DNA of 64,000 nucleotides from an uncultured delta proteobacterium (GTDB lineage: Bacteria > Desulfobacterota > Binatia > UBA9968): assembly GCA_963755715.1 (NCBI GenBank), contig CAVWLW010000033.1:1-64000 (forward strand), read 5' to 3'. A model generated the notes under the pieces. It was given only the letters and a program-made list of their open reading frames with translations, searched no databases and was not told where the DNA came from. Every line of letters starts with the position of its first letter. Position 1 is the first letter of the stretch. This document shows, in pieces, positions 48,901 through 60,539 of the stretch. The position numbers and the translations under genes were made by a program.

Positions 48901-50358
48901 ATGAACGATCTTCACTTTATCGACACCACCGTGCGCGACGGGCAGTTGAGCCTTTGGGCGCTCGGCATGAAAACCGGCGCGATGCTCGCTATCGCCGAGC
49001 AGATGGACCGGTGCGGCTTCGAGTCCATGGAGTTCTTTGGCTTTGCCGGCTACATCAAGATGGTTCGCGAGCACAAAGAAAATCCTTGGGACTGGATGGG
49101 ATTGGGCGCGAAGAAGTTTCGCCGCACGCGGCTGCGCTACCATGGCGGGCTTGCCACCGGCTTCGAGAAAATACCGCGCTCGGTGCGATTGCTGATGATC
49201 GAGCGCGTGGTGGCGCATGGCATTACGCTCACGCGCTCCTCGGATCCGTGGAACGACTACGAAGCCGCGGCGCGAGAGATCGAGGCGCTGAAAAAGCTCG
49301 GCATGGACGTGGTCATCAACATCATCTATTCGGTATCGCCGCGCCACACCGATGCATACTACGCCGAGCGCGCGCGCCAAGCCGCGGCGATCCAGCCTTA
49401 CCGGATTTGCTTCAAGGACGTGGGCGGGTTGCTGACTCCCGACCGCGCCCGCACGCTGATCCCGCTGATCCAACAAAACATCGGCGCCGTGCCGCTCGAG
49501 TTTCACGCCCACTGCAACAACGGCATGGCGCCGTTCAACTATCTCGAGGCGATCAAGCTCGGCGTCGACACCCTGCACACGGCGATACCGCCGCTGGCCA
49601 ACGGTTCGTCGCAGCCGTCGATTTTTAACATCGCCGCCAACGCCCGCGCGCTCGGCTTTAACCCGCTCGTCGATCTCGAAGCGATCAAGCCGGTTGAACA
49701 GCATTTCACTTACATCGCCAAGCGCGAAGGCCACCCGTCTGGCGCGCAGCGCGAATACGATCACGCGCAGTACTTGCATCAGGTGCCCGGCGGCATGATC
49801 TCCAACTTGCGCCATCAGCTGCGCACGATGGGTAGGGAAAATCGCTTGCAGGAAACTTTAGAGGAAGCGGGGCGGGTGCGCGCTGAGTTCGGCTATCCGA
49901 TCATGGTGACGCCGCTAGCGCAGTTCGTCGGCAGCCAGGCGGCGATCAACATCATTACCGGCGAGCGCTACAAGGAGGTGACCGATCAATCGATTCAGTA
50001 CGCGCTTGGGCATTGGGGCAAAGAAGCGCCGGCGGTGATGGATGAAAATATTAAAGACAAGATTCTCAATCGTCCGCGCGCCGACGATTGGCGCAAATGG
50101 TCGCCGCCGGATCTCTCGCTGCACCAAGTGCGGCAAAAATTTGGCGCGCCGGGTGTGTCGGATGAAGAATTGGTTTTGCGCGTGATCGCCGGCGAGGCTG
50201 CCGTCCAAGCGATGCTCGCGGCCGGCGCGCCCAGAGAATATCTCAGTGCGACACAACCCTTGATCAAATTAATCGGCGAGCTTGCAAAGCGCAAAGATTG
50301 TAATCAGGTTTACGTCCGAAAAGGCGAGCTGGTGCTTTGCTTGGAGAAAGAAAGCTAG
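48901..50358 (+). CDS. Pyruvate/oxaloacetate carboxyltransferase-like protein (no biotinyl domain)
   Basis: DTTVRDG, ENPW, KDVGGLL, HAH, HQVPGGMISN, GYPIMVTP. Confidence 0.88.
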   Translation: MNDLHFIDTTVRDGQLSLWALGMKTGAMLAIAEQMDRCGFESMEFFGFAGYIKMVREHKENPWDWMGLGAKKFRRTRLRYHGGLATGFEKIPRSVRLLMIERVVAHGITLTRSSDPWNDYEAAAREIEALKKLGMDVVINIIYSVSPRHTDAYYAERARQAAAIQPYRICFKDVGGLLTPDRARTLIPLIQQNIGAVPLEFHAHCNNGMAPFNYLEAIKLGVDTLHTAIPPLANGSSQPSIFNIAANARALGFNPLVDLEAIKPVEQHFTYIAKREGHPSGAQREYDHAQYLHQVPGGMISNLRHQLRTMGRENRLQETLEEAGRVRAEFGYPIMVTPLAQFVGSQAAINIITGERYKEVTDQSIQYALGHWGKEAPAVMDENIKDKILNRPRADDWRKWSPPDLSLHQVRQKFGAPGVSDEELVLRVIAGEAAVQAMLAAGAPREYLSATQPLIKLIGELAKRKDCNQVYVRKGELVLCLEKES

Positions 50359-50401
50359 CGCTTCGGCTTCGATCCGATTCGGCGGCAGCTTCATTGCACA
50401 G

Positions 50402-50438
50402 AAAAAAAGGCCCGAGCTCTTTTAGGCTCGGGCCTTTT
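50402..50438. terminator. Bidirectional Rho-independent terminator
   Basis: AAAAAAAGGCCCGAGC-loop-GCTCGGGCCTTTT between convergent genes. Confidence 0.85.
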
Positions 50439-50456
50439 CATTTCGGCTTGCGACTC

Positions 50457-52113
50457 CTAGTCTAAAGTTTCCAATTTCAAAACCGACGCGCCGTGGTTGC
50501 TGCCGACCCAGAACGTTACCGGCGAAGTATTGTTATCCACGAATACTCGGCGGATGTTGGTCTCCCGCGGCAACAGATAGTCGGTGAACTGGCTGGTCTT
50601 GGGGTCGAGGCGCGTGACCCGGTCGGTCCACATGGAGCCGGCCCAAACTTCACCGTTTTTATCCGGCACGACGTGGTAGGGCGCGCTCCAGGGGATCGGC
50701 ACCTTCCATTCCTGGATTTTCCCCGACTTCGGATCGAGCATGCCGATGCCATTGGCGCCGTATTCCGCGAACCAGAGACGATCCTGCGCATCGAATCGGC
50801 CGCGCCGCGGTCGGGAGCCTTGTGTGATCGTCGAGAAAACTTTGAACTCTTTGGTCTTGGCATCGATACGGCCGATGTTGTTGGCGCCAAACTCGAGCAA
50901 GTAGAGATTGTTCTCACTGTCCGACGGAATGCCGTAGGCGTTGATCGAGCGACCGGCGCCGGGAATCTGAAACTCGCCGAGATTTTCGTATTGTCCTGTG
51001 GCGAGATCGAGCCGATAGATGGCATGGGTGTCCTGATTGTTCGTCCAGACTTTGCCGTCCACGTGAGAATTCGCCGGGCTCACCATCGATTGCTGGGTGT
51101 GATCGCCCTGCCATTCCTTTGGCACCGGGTAAACCTGAAACTTTTCCGTCTTGCGGTCGAACTTGGCGATGCCGCCCTGATACATCAATGACACCCAAAC
51201 ATTTTGTTCCTTATCCAGCTGGAGATCGAGCGTCCCGAGGGGAAATCCCTTTTTCAGCACCGGGATCGGAAATTCCGTTACTTCGCCGGTCTTTGGATTC
51301 AGGCGGCCGATAAACTGTTCGCCGAAATCCGAGTACCAGACAAGCCCTTCGGAGTCTAGGACGACGTCGTGCGGCATCGCCAACTTCCGCGGCAGATCAT
51401 ATTCAGTGATGATCGTGTGCGTGGCTTTGCCCTTGGGCCGCGGCAAAGTTTTGAGCGGAAAACTCTGCTTCGAGTTGTAGCTCGCGTTCACGTTGGCAAG
51501 CCAGGCGCCGAGTTCCATCGGATCGACGCCGCGGGTGCGGTCGCGCTGCACGCTCCCGACAGTCACTTGCGGCCGGAGCGGACTGCTGCCCGGCGCATAA
51601 GTCGACATGCGGCGAAATACTTGCACCCACTCTTCCGCGCTTTTGTTGGCCTTTACGATACGTTCAATGGTGTGGCAGCCGTTACAACTTAGGAGAAAAT
51701 TTTTCTGCTGTTCCGTGCCGGGTATGCTCAGCAGCCATTCAGCGTCGGTTAGTTGCGCCGACGGATTTTCGGCCGCTTTGAGTTTGAGATTGGCGGTGGC
51801 GGTTTTGCCGGCGATCACGTCGACGGTCTTGGGACCGTCGAGATCGTAACCGACCGCACGAATTTTCAGAGCGTAATGGCCGGGCTCAAGTTTTTCACCG
51901 GGAAAGGCAAATCGTCCTTTGGCGTCGCTGACGACATTGACCGTCATCGTCGAGCCGTCTTTTTTGGCGCCGACGACGACGCCTTCCATCAAGCTTTTCT
52001 TTTTGCGAGCTGACTTGGCCGGTCAGTGCTATGGCGCCGTTGGCGTGAACATCGGTGGCGAGTAGTAACGAAAAGACTACCAGGGCGACGCTGGCGAGAA
52101 ATTTGTTCCGCAT
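50457..52113 (-). CDS. Exported protein: carboxypeptidase-regulatory-like domain, CxxCH cytochrome c, Vgb-like beta-propeller (frameshift near 51995)
   Basis: Signal peptide MRNKFLAS..., VSDAKGRF, CNGCH, repeated G.VW/IGRLDPKTG blades; GGAGG RBS. Confidence 0.82.
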
Positions 52114-52345
52114 TTGAATCCTCCTTAGACGGGCCGTTTTTGGAGATCCGAAGGGAAGCATGCACAAAGTAGCACCGGATCGTTCCCGGCGTCAATTGCC
52201 TTTTTTAACCCCCTATTTAGCTCTTGCGCGCGGGTGGTTGTGCGTTGCTCCGAGAAGCGGGTGTGGTGTATATATGCGCGTGTTGGAGACCTGCTCGACT
52301 CGATGCTGCAACAAGTCCGAGTCCGATCGCGGAAAAGGAGGGAAC

Positions 52346-54507
52346 ATGAAAAAAACAAAATGGCTATTTGTAAGTTCGATGATAAGCGTGGTTGCGATAT
52401 TCTTGATGCTCTCTCCATACCGGCTGAGCAGCCAACAAGGTGCAGTGGTGCGCGTCGACGGTGACGACGTCGGAGGCGTGGTCACCAGCGTGAACGGTCC
52501 GGAGGCCGGCGTCTGGGTGATCGCTGAGACAACGGATCTACCGACCAAGTTTGCCAAGATCGTGGTCACCGATGATCAGGGCCGTTACTTGATTCCCGAC
52601 CTGCCGAAAGCAAATTACAATATTTGGGTGCGTGGTTACGGGCTTGTCGACTCACCGAAAGTTCGGACGGCGCCTGGGAAGACGCTCAATCTCAAAGCGG
52701 TGATTGCATCGACCGATGCCGCGGCGGCTGAATATTATCCGGCAATCTACTGGTATTCGATGCTCAAGATTCCCGACAAGAGCGAATTTCCCGGCACCGG
52801 GGAAAAAGGCAACGGCATGCCGGAAAAACTAAAACATCAAGCTCAGTGGCTCGACGTAGTAAAAACCAATGGCTGCAACACTTGCCATCAACTGGGGAAC
52901 AAAGCGACACGAACAATTGCCAAACAGTTGGGTGAATTCAAATCGTCATCCGACGCCTGGCAGCGGCGCATTCTTTCCGGTCAGGCCATGACGTCGATGC
53001 TCAACGCCGTTGACAGAATCGATTCGAACCGCGCTATGGCCCTCTTCGGCGATTGGACGGACCGCATCGCTGCCGGCGAAGTGCCGAAGTCAAAACCACC
53101 GCGGCCCCAGGGTGTAGAGCGCAACGTCGTCATCAACGTGTGGGATTGGAGCAATCCCAAGGCTTATCTTCACGACGAGATTTCCACCGACAAGCGCAAT
53201 CCGACGGTCAATGCCAACGGGCCGATTTACGGCTCGACGGAATTGAGCACGGATCTTGTGCCGGTGCTTGACCCGCAACATCACAAAGCTTGGGAGATGA
53301 AACATCCCGTGCGCGATCCGAACACGCCGTCCGCGAAGACGGACCCGCTCGCGCCGTCGCCTTACTGGGGCGCTGAGCCGATCTGGGATAGCCAATCGAA
53401 CCAACACAATCCGATGATGGATGAAAAGGCGCGCGTGTGGTTTACGGCGAGAGTCCGTCCGCCGGAGAATCCCGATTTTTGCAAGAAGGGATCGAGCCAT
53501 CCGTCGGCTAAGGTTTTCCCCATCAACAGCGCGAACCGGCATCTATCGATGTACGACCCGAAAACAAAAAAGTTCACCTTGATCAGCACCTGCTTTTCTA
53601 CGCACCATCTGGTTTTTGCGGAAGATGCCGATCACACGCTCTGGACCAGCGCCGGTGGTCCCGCCAGCGGCGTCGTCGGTTGGCTGAACCGCAAGATGTT
53701 CGAAGAAACCGGCGACGAGCAGAAGTCGCAAGGCTGGACACCGCTGATTCTCGACACCAACGGCAACGGCAAGCGCGACGAATGGGTCGAGCCAAATCAG
53801 GCCGTCGATCCGACGAAAGACAAGCGCGTCGCGGCGGCTTTTACGGTATCGCCGTGAGCCCGGTGGACGGTACGGTGTGGGGATCTTCCCAGGGATTTCC
53901 CAGCTCCATCGTGCGACTCAACCCAGGGCCAAATCCTTCGGAAACCGCGCTCGCTGAATTATACGAGGTGCCGCTCGACGCCGGCGCCTACGGCATCCGT
54001 GGGATGGACATCGACCGCAACGGTGTGGTTTGGTCTTCGCTGTCGAGCGGCCATCTGGCGAGCTTTGACCGGCGCAAGTGCAAAGTGCTAAACGGCCCAA
54101 CAGCCACTGGCAAGCACTGTCCCGAAGGCTGGACGCTGCACACGCTGCCAGGACCCAACTTCGAGAGTTTGAAAGAGCCGGGCAGCGCGGAGGCAAGCTA
54201 TTACACCTGGGTGGATCAGTTCGATACTTTCGGTCTGGGCAAAGACGTGCCGATCGCCACCGGCAATCTGAACGATTCTTTGTTGGCTCTGGTGGATGGA
54301 AAGTTCGTCAACCTACGCGTGCCGTATCCTTTGGGATTTTACGCCAAGTGGATGGACGGCAGAATCGACGACCCGAAGGGCGGCTGGAAGGGCAGAGGCC
54401 TGTGGGCGACCACCGGCACGCGGACGCCATTCCACATGGAAGGCGGCAAGGGCACGCGGCCAAAGGTCGTGAAGTTCCAGTTGAGGCCCGATCCATTGGC
54501 GAAATAA
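52346..54507 (+). CDS. Exported CxxCH beta-propeller protein, paralog 1 (frameshift near 53835)
   Basis: GPEAGVWVIAET, VVTDDQGRY, CNTCH, DTNGNGKRD, HCPEGW, ends RPDPLAK. Confidence 0.85.
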
Positions 54508-54595
54508 GTTGGAACTGAACGAACGTCGCTGGACGCGGCTGTGAGTAAATGGTCTGGCGCATGTAAAGTCCTGACGGACGACTAAGGAGATTGCG

Positions 54596-56754
54596 ATGAA
54601 AAACACCAAGACGTTGGGTTTGATGTTGCTGGCTTCCGGTATTGTCGCGCTTATCGCGGCATGCGCGTCTCAGATGGGCGGCGAGCCAAGCACAGGCGCG
54701 GCCGTGCGTATAGATAACGACGACATTGGTGGCGTGGTCACCAGCGCCAATGGACCCGAGGCCGGTGTCTGGGTGATTGCCGAGACCCGCGATCTACCGA
54801 CTCGGTTCGCCAGGATGGTCGTGACCGACGACCAGGGCCGCTACGTCGATACCTGATCTGCCGAATGGGACTTACGACCTGTGGGTTCGTGGGTACGGGC
54901 TGGTCGATTCGCCAAAAGTGAAAGCAACTCCTGGCAAAATCGAAAACCTCAAGGCGGTCATCGCGCCGAACGAAGCCGCTGCGGCTCAATATTATCCGTC
55001 GATCTATTGGTACTCGATGATGAAGATTCCCGACAAGAGCGAGTTCGGGGGCAAGGGGAAAGTTCCCGCTGATATGACGCAGAATGAATACCTGAACTTG
55101 GTGAAGTCAAACGGCTGCGCTAACTGCCATGCGATCGGCAATCGCGCCATGCGCACCTTTCCCGACAACGTGCCGTTCCCCCTGGGCAAGTTCGCAACCT
55201 CCGAGGAAGCCTGGTTTCGCCGCATTCAGTCGGGACAGGGCGGCCATCCCATGTTCGAGACTACGGTCAAGCAACTCGGCACCGCGAATTTGCGTTATCT
55301 TGCCGACTGGACGGACCGCATCGCTAAAGGCGAGCTGCCTCACACGAAGCCAACGCGCCCGCAGGGTGTCGAGCGCAATATCGTCGTCACGACCTGGGAT
55401 TGGCTCGACGACAAACATTACCTGCATGACTTAATCGCGTCTGATCGGCGCTTTCCGAGCGTTAACGCCTACGGCCCTGTGTACGGTTCGACAGAGCTGA
55501 GCATCGATGTCATTCCGATCCTCGATCCCAAAACGAACAGCACCAAAAACTTTCCGGCACCCGTGCGCGACGCCGATACACCTATGGCGATGCAAGAGGG
55601 ACCGATGCAGCCGTCGCCCTATTGGGACAACGAGCGGATTTGGACTAGCAAGGCGAGCAATCACAACGGCATGTTCGACCGCAAAGGCCGCGTCTGGTTC
55701 GCCGCGGCGGTCCGCGGTCCGAACAATCCTGCTTTCTGCCAAAAAGGCTCGGACCATCCTTCGGCGAAAGCGTTTCCGGTTGAGCGCTCGAACCGTCAGT
55801 TTTCGATGCTAGATCCGAAGACCATGAAGTACACCTTCGTCGAGACCTGCTTTAATACACATCATTTGCAATTCGACGCCAATGACGTGCTGTGGGCCAG
55901 CACCGGCGGTGCGAATTCCCCCGTCATCGGCTGGCTCGACATGAAGATTTTCGACGAGACCGGTGACGCGGCCAAAGCGCAGGGCTGGACGCCCTTGATC
56001 CTCGACACCAACGGCAACGGCAAGCGCGACGAATACGTGGAGCCCAATCAGCCGGTGGACCCGACGAAAGACAAACGTATCGTGGCCGGATTCTATGCCA
56101 TCATGCCGAACCCGGCCGACGGCTCCGTCTGGGGTGCCGTACGGACTTTCCCTGGCTCGATCGTGCGCATCGCTCCGGGGTCGAAGCCCTCGGAGACGGC
56201 GCTCTCGGAGATCTACAATATCCCGCTGCCCGGCTTTGGTATCCGCGGGGCCGACATCGACAAGCAAGGCGTCGTCTGGGCGTCGCTCGCAAGCGGCCAT
56301 TTGGCGAGTTTCGATCGAAGAAAATGCAAAGGACCGTTGAATGGTCCCAAGGCGACGGGCGATCACTGCCCCGAGGGCTGGTCGTTCCACCAATATCCCG
56401 GTCCTGGCTTTCAGGGCATAGGCGAGAACAGCGCCGAATCGAGCTATTACTCATGGGTGGACCAGCACAACACGTTCGGACTCGGCGAAGACGTGCCGAT
56501 GTCCACCGGCAACTTACACAACGGCCTGATCGCGTTGAAAGACGGCAAGATGATCCTGCTGCGGGTGCCCTATCCCCTTGGCTTCTACGCCAAAGGCTTC
56601 GACGGACGCATCGACGATCCGAAAGCCGGTTGGAAGGGACGCGGATTGTGGAGCTCGAGTGGCGACCGCGCGCCTTGGCTGATGGAGAACGGCAAGAGGA
56701 TCCAAGCCGCTAGCCGTGAATTTCCAGATGCGCCCCGATCCGTTGGCGAAATGA
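54596..56754 (+). CDS. Exported CxxCH beta-propeller lipoprotein, paralog 2 (frameshifts near 54849 and 56697)
   Basis: Lipobox-like IAAC; same motifs; CANCH; reconstructed end FQMRPDPLAK-TGA. Confidence 0.82.
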
Positions 56755-56838
56755 CTCGAGCGCGAACGAAGGAGATGTTGCTCCCGATAGTCCGGCGTAG
56801 GCAGAAACTCTGATGAATCATCGGTTAAGGAGGCGGCC

Positions 56839-59001
56839 ATGAAAAACACGAAAGTGTTGGGTTTGATATTGATCCTTTGTTGCGTCGCCGCGTGGCTGAC
56901 GGTGTATCCGGTGCAGCTCGGCAGTCAACAAGACGCAGGTATACCCATCGATAATGACGACATCGGCGGCGTGGTCACGAGTGCGAAGGGGCCGGAAGCT
57001 GGCGTCTGGGTGATCGCCGAGACCAACGATCTTCCCACCAGATTTGCCAGGATGGTCGTCACGGACGATCAAGGACGCTACGTGATTCCGGAGTTGCCCA
57101 AAGCCAATTACGACATCTGGGTGCGCGGTTACGGATTGGTGGATTCACCGAAAGTGAAAAGCGCTCCCGGCAAGCTTCTCAACCTCAAAGCGGTGGTGGC
57201 GCCAAACGAAGCCGCGGCGGCGCAATATTATCCGGCAATTTATTGGTATTCGATGCTCAAGATTCCTGAAGCCAACGAGTTCGGCGGCAAGGGTGAGATC
57301 CCGGCGAAGCTGACTCAGACCGAATGGCTCAACACCATGAAGAACAACGGCTGCATCGGCTGCCATCAGCTCGGTCAGCTCTCCACGCGCACGTTTCCGA
57401 AGAGCGTCCCGCATCCGATCCACATGGGGACGTCCCAAGAATCGTGGTTCCGCCGCATCCAGTCCGGTCAATCCGGCGAGCAAATGTTTGACGTTATGGT
57501 CAAGCAAATGGGCGGCGCGCCGATTCGCTATTTCGCCGACTGGACGGACCGGATCGCCAAGGGCGAGCTACCGCAGACAAAACCTGAGCGGCCCCAAGGG
57601 ATCGAGCGCAATATTGTCGTCACGACCTGGGATTGGCTCAACGAAAAAAAATATCTGCATGACTTGATAGCCTCGGATCGACGTTACCCGACGGTCAACG
57701 CCTATGGACCGCTCTACGGCTCCACCGAATACAGCACCGACGTGATTCCAGTGCTGGATCCGGTCAAAAACACTGTGTCCAGCATCGTCGCGCCGGTGCG
57801 CGATGACAATATTCCGGAGGCGCTCGGGCCTGGGCATGCGGCGAGCGACAAACTCATGCAGCCGTCGCCTTACTGGGGCGGCGAGAAGCTCTGGGATACC
57901 AAGGCGAACAACCATAACGGCATGATCGATCGCAAAGGCCGCGTTTGGTTTGCGGCAAGATTTCGCGACGCGAATAATCCCGATTTTTGCAAGAAAGGCT
58001 CCGGCCATCCGTCGGCCAGAGTCTTTCCGTTGGAGCGGACCAATCGCCAGCTCACAGTCCTCGATCCCAAGACCGGACAATACTCGTACGTCGATACTTG
58101 TTTCGGCAGCCATCATTTGCAATTCGGCTACGACGCCAGTGAAACGTTATGGACCAGCGGCGGCGGGCAGGTGGTAGGATGGGTCAACACCAAAATGTTC
58201 GATGAGACCGGTGATATCGCAAAGTCGCAAGGCTGGACGCCGATGATTCTCGACACCAACGGCAATGGCAAGCGCGACGACTACGTAGAGCCGAATCAGC
58301 CGGTGGACCCAACTAAGGACAAGCGCATTGTCGCCGGCTTTTATGCGGTGATGCCCAATCCGGTGGACGGCTCGGTCTGGGGCACGTTCCGCAGTAATCC
58401 GGGCGCAGTCGTGCGCGTCGCTCCGGGAAGCAACCCTTCCGAAACTGCTCTCACCGAGATCTATAACGTACCAATGCCCGGTTTTGGGCCGCGCGGTGGT
58501 GATATCGATCGCCAGGGCGTCGTCTGGGTGTCCTTGGCGAGCGGCCACCTCGGTAGCTTCGATCGCAGGAAATGCAAAGGCCCGCTCAACGGACCAAAAG
58601 CGACCGGCGATCATTGCCCCGAGGGTTGGTCTTTTTATAAATATCCCGGACCGGGCTTCAAAGGTCTCGGCGATAATAGCGCCGAGTCGAGCTACTACAC
58701 CTGGGTCGATCAGCACAACACGTTCGGCCTCGGCGAAGACGTGCCCATGTCCACCGGCAACTTGAACGACGGCCTGATCGCCATGAAAGACGGCAAGATG
58801 ATCGTGCTGCGCGTGCCCTACCCGATGGGCTTTTACGCGAAGGGCTTCGACGGGCGCATCGACGATCCTAAGGCTGGATGGAAAGGGCGCGGCCTGTGGA
58901 CCACGAGCGGCGACCGCGCGCCATGGTTGAAAGAAGGCGGTAAAGGCGCCAAGCCGATCGTTGTGCACTTCCAGATTCGCCCCGATCCGCTGGCGAAGTA
59001 A
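56839..59001 (+). CDS. Exported CxxCH beta-propeller protein, paralog 3 (intact, 720 aa)
   Basis: Signal peptide; CIGCH; YLHD, NHN, SHHL; ends RPDPLAK. Confidence 0.9.
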   Translation: MKNTKVLGLILILCCVAAWLTVYPVQLGSQQDAGIPIDNDDIGGVVTSAKGPEAGVWVIAETNDLPTRFARMVVTDDQGRYVIPELPKANYDIWVRGYGLVDSPKVKSAPGKLLNLKAVVAPNEAAAAQYYPAIYWYSMLKIPEANEFGGKGEIPAKLTQTEWLNTMKNNGCIGCHQLGQLSTRTFPKSVPHPIHMGTSQESWFRRIQSGQSGEQMFDVMVKQMGGAPIRYFADWTDRIAKGELPQTKPERPQGIERNIVVTTWDWLNEKKYLHDLIASDRRYPTVNAYGPLYGSTEYSTDVIPVLDPVKNTVSSIVAPVRDDNIPEALGPGHAASDKLMQPSPYWGGEKLWDTKANNHNGMIDRKGRVWFAARFRDANNPDFCKKGSGHPSARVFPLERTNRQLTVLDPKTGQYSYVDTCFGSHHLQFGYDASETLWTSGGGQVVGWVNTKMFDETGDIAKSQGWTPMILDTNGNGKRDDYVEPNQPVDPTKDKRIVAGFYAVMPNPVDGSVWGTFRSNPGAVVRVAPGSNPSETALTEIYNVPMPGFGPRGGDIDRQGVVWVSLASGHLGSFDRRKCKGPLNGPKATGDHCPEGWSFYKYPGPGFKGLGDNSAESSYYTWVDQHNTFGLGEDVPMSTGNLNDGLIAMKDGKMIVLRVPYPMGFYAKGFDGRIDDPKAGWKGRGLWTTSGDRAPWLKEGGKGAKPIVVHFQIRPDPLAK

Positions 59002-59011
59002 TTCATTACGA

Positions 59012-59053
59012 TCCGGCGGAACCGTTGGTCGCGGTTCCGCCGGAATGTTTTTT
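59012..59053 (+). terminator. Rho-independent terminator
   Basis: TCCGGCGGAACCG-ttggtcg-CGGTTCCGCCGGA followed by a T-run. Confidence 0.8.
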
Positions 59054-60060
59054 TACCTCACTCCCGCCGCGTTCAAGTAATTCAGATCGACAAAGCGTTC
59101 AGGCTCCGGCAGAGGCTTTTTGATCGTGTCGGCTTCGCCCATGAAGGTGATGACTTGGGCCAAACCTTTGAGGTTGATCTCGGCTTGTTTTGGCAGGACG
59201 TTACGCTCGGGCTCAAAAAATAGCTTGAGCGTCTGCTCGGCGATCTCGCTTGACGAGTCGGTTGCTTCGACAATTATTTTCACGATGGTTTTGCGATTGG
59301 CCGGATCGCGAATGAATTTCAGCGCGGCGCCGAGGCCGCGCACATAGCGGACGAGCGCTTCTTTATTCGCGCTTGCCCATGAACGGCGCGCCGCCGTGAC
59401 GGTATAGACGAACTCGGGTACGGCTTCGGTGGACAGTCCGAGCAGCCGATTGCCGTCTTTCACCGCTAGCAGATCCTGCGGTTGGCCGAGCGGCACGGCG
59501 TCGCATTCGCCGCGCCGCAAGCATGTGTAGCGCGCCGGCGTTCCCTCGATGATCCTGACGCGGAAATCCTCATTGCGCAGACCGTGGAGGGCGAGCAGCT
59601 TGCGTGTCGAGAGGGTGATTGAGCCGGCTTCATCGGCGAGCCCGATGAGTTTGCCCTTGAGGTCGGCGAAGCTTTTTATTTCGGGCCTCGCCACTAGACT
59701 GTAAATAGGATTGTTGAACTCGGCGGCAATCGCCCTCGCGTCGGAGCCCGCGAGTACAGCCCGGATCAAAAACGCCGTCGCGATATGCGTCACGTCGGCG
59801 CTGCCGTCGTTGAGCGCGTCGAGCATTTTGTCCGAGCCGCCGGGGAGCGGCACGACCACGTGGAAATCCAGCTTCTCGCGGCGAAAGAAACCCTCCCGCT
59901 CGGCAACGGTTACCGGCAATGAAAAAATACTGCGTATCGCGGAGTAGCTTTGCGCGTAGCGCAACGATAGCGTTTGCGCGGCGGCGAATTGGCTGCCCGC
60001 GCAAAGAAGCGTGCTTACGGTGATAAAAAGTGAAAGCGGCAAGCGAGCTCGCGAGCGCAT
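59053..60060 (-). CDS. ABC substrate-binding protein (SsuA/NMT1-THI5 type)
   Basis: Signal peptide; EGFFRRE.L, IKSFADLKGK.IG, FVD..YL. Confidence 0.85.
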   Translation of the reverse strand: MRSRARLPLSLFITVSTLLCAGSQFAAAQTLSLRYAQSYSAIRSIFSLPVTVAEREGFFRREKLDFHVVVPLPGGSDKMLDALNDGSADVTHIATAFLIRAVLAGSDARAIAAEFNNPIYSLVARPEIKSFADLKGKLIGLADEAGSITLSTRKLLALHGLRNEDFRVRIIEGTPARYTCLRRGECDAVPLGQPQDLLAVKDGNRLLGLSTEAVPEFVYTVTAARRSWASANKEALVRYVRGLGAALKFIRDPANRKTIVKIIVEATDSSSEIAEQTLKLFFEPERNVLPKQAEINLKGLAQVITFMGEADTIKKPLPEPERFVDLNYLNAAGVR

Positions 60061-60114
60061 GATGAAATCGGTTTAGCGCGCCGCAGGAATTTCAAATCGA
60101 TTCATCGAAACGAT

Positions 60115-60513
60115 CTACTTCGCGCCGACTTGTTGCATGGTGCACTCGACTTCGACGGTGGCAGCTTTTTTATCGCGCGGTGGGCGCGTGAGCGTGCGAA
60201 TTTGCTTGTAGCCGTCCTTGCTGCACGAAATGGAGACACGGTTCGCGGTGATGTTCTTGCCGAAGCCCGGCAGTTTATAGACTCCGGTGGCGTCGGTGCG
60301 GGCAACGACGGATCCCAGGCCTTTGATCTCAGCCGTGACTTTGGCGTCGCGAATCGTTTTACCGGTGTTGTCCTTTACGAAGCCGAAGAAAGCCAAGCCG
60401 TCGGCTTCATCGTGAATATCGGGCGCATCGCCGCCCGCCCAGACGGGAGAAACAAACAACAGACTCACTGCCATGCCGAGCGCGAGATGAGTTTTAAGGT
60501 GCTGCATCGTCAT
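60115..60513 (-). CDS. Small exported carboxypeptidase-regulatory-like domain protein
   Basis: Signal peptide; FGFVKDNTGKTIRDAKV, RTDATGVY, CSKDGY, two Cys. Confidence 0.75.
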   Translation of the reverse strand: MTMQHLKTHLALGMAVSLLFVSPVWAGGDAPDIHDEADGLAFFGFVKDNTGKTIRDAKVTAEIKGLGSVVARTDATGVYKLPGFGKNITANRVSISCSKDGYKQIRTLTRPPRDKKAATVEVECTMQQVGAK

Positions 60514-60539
60514 TCGCCCTTCGTTCAGAACCGCCTTAT

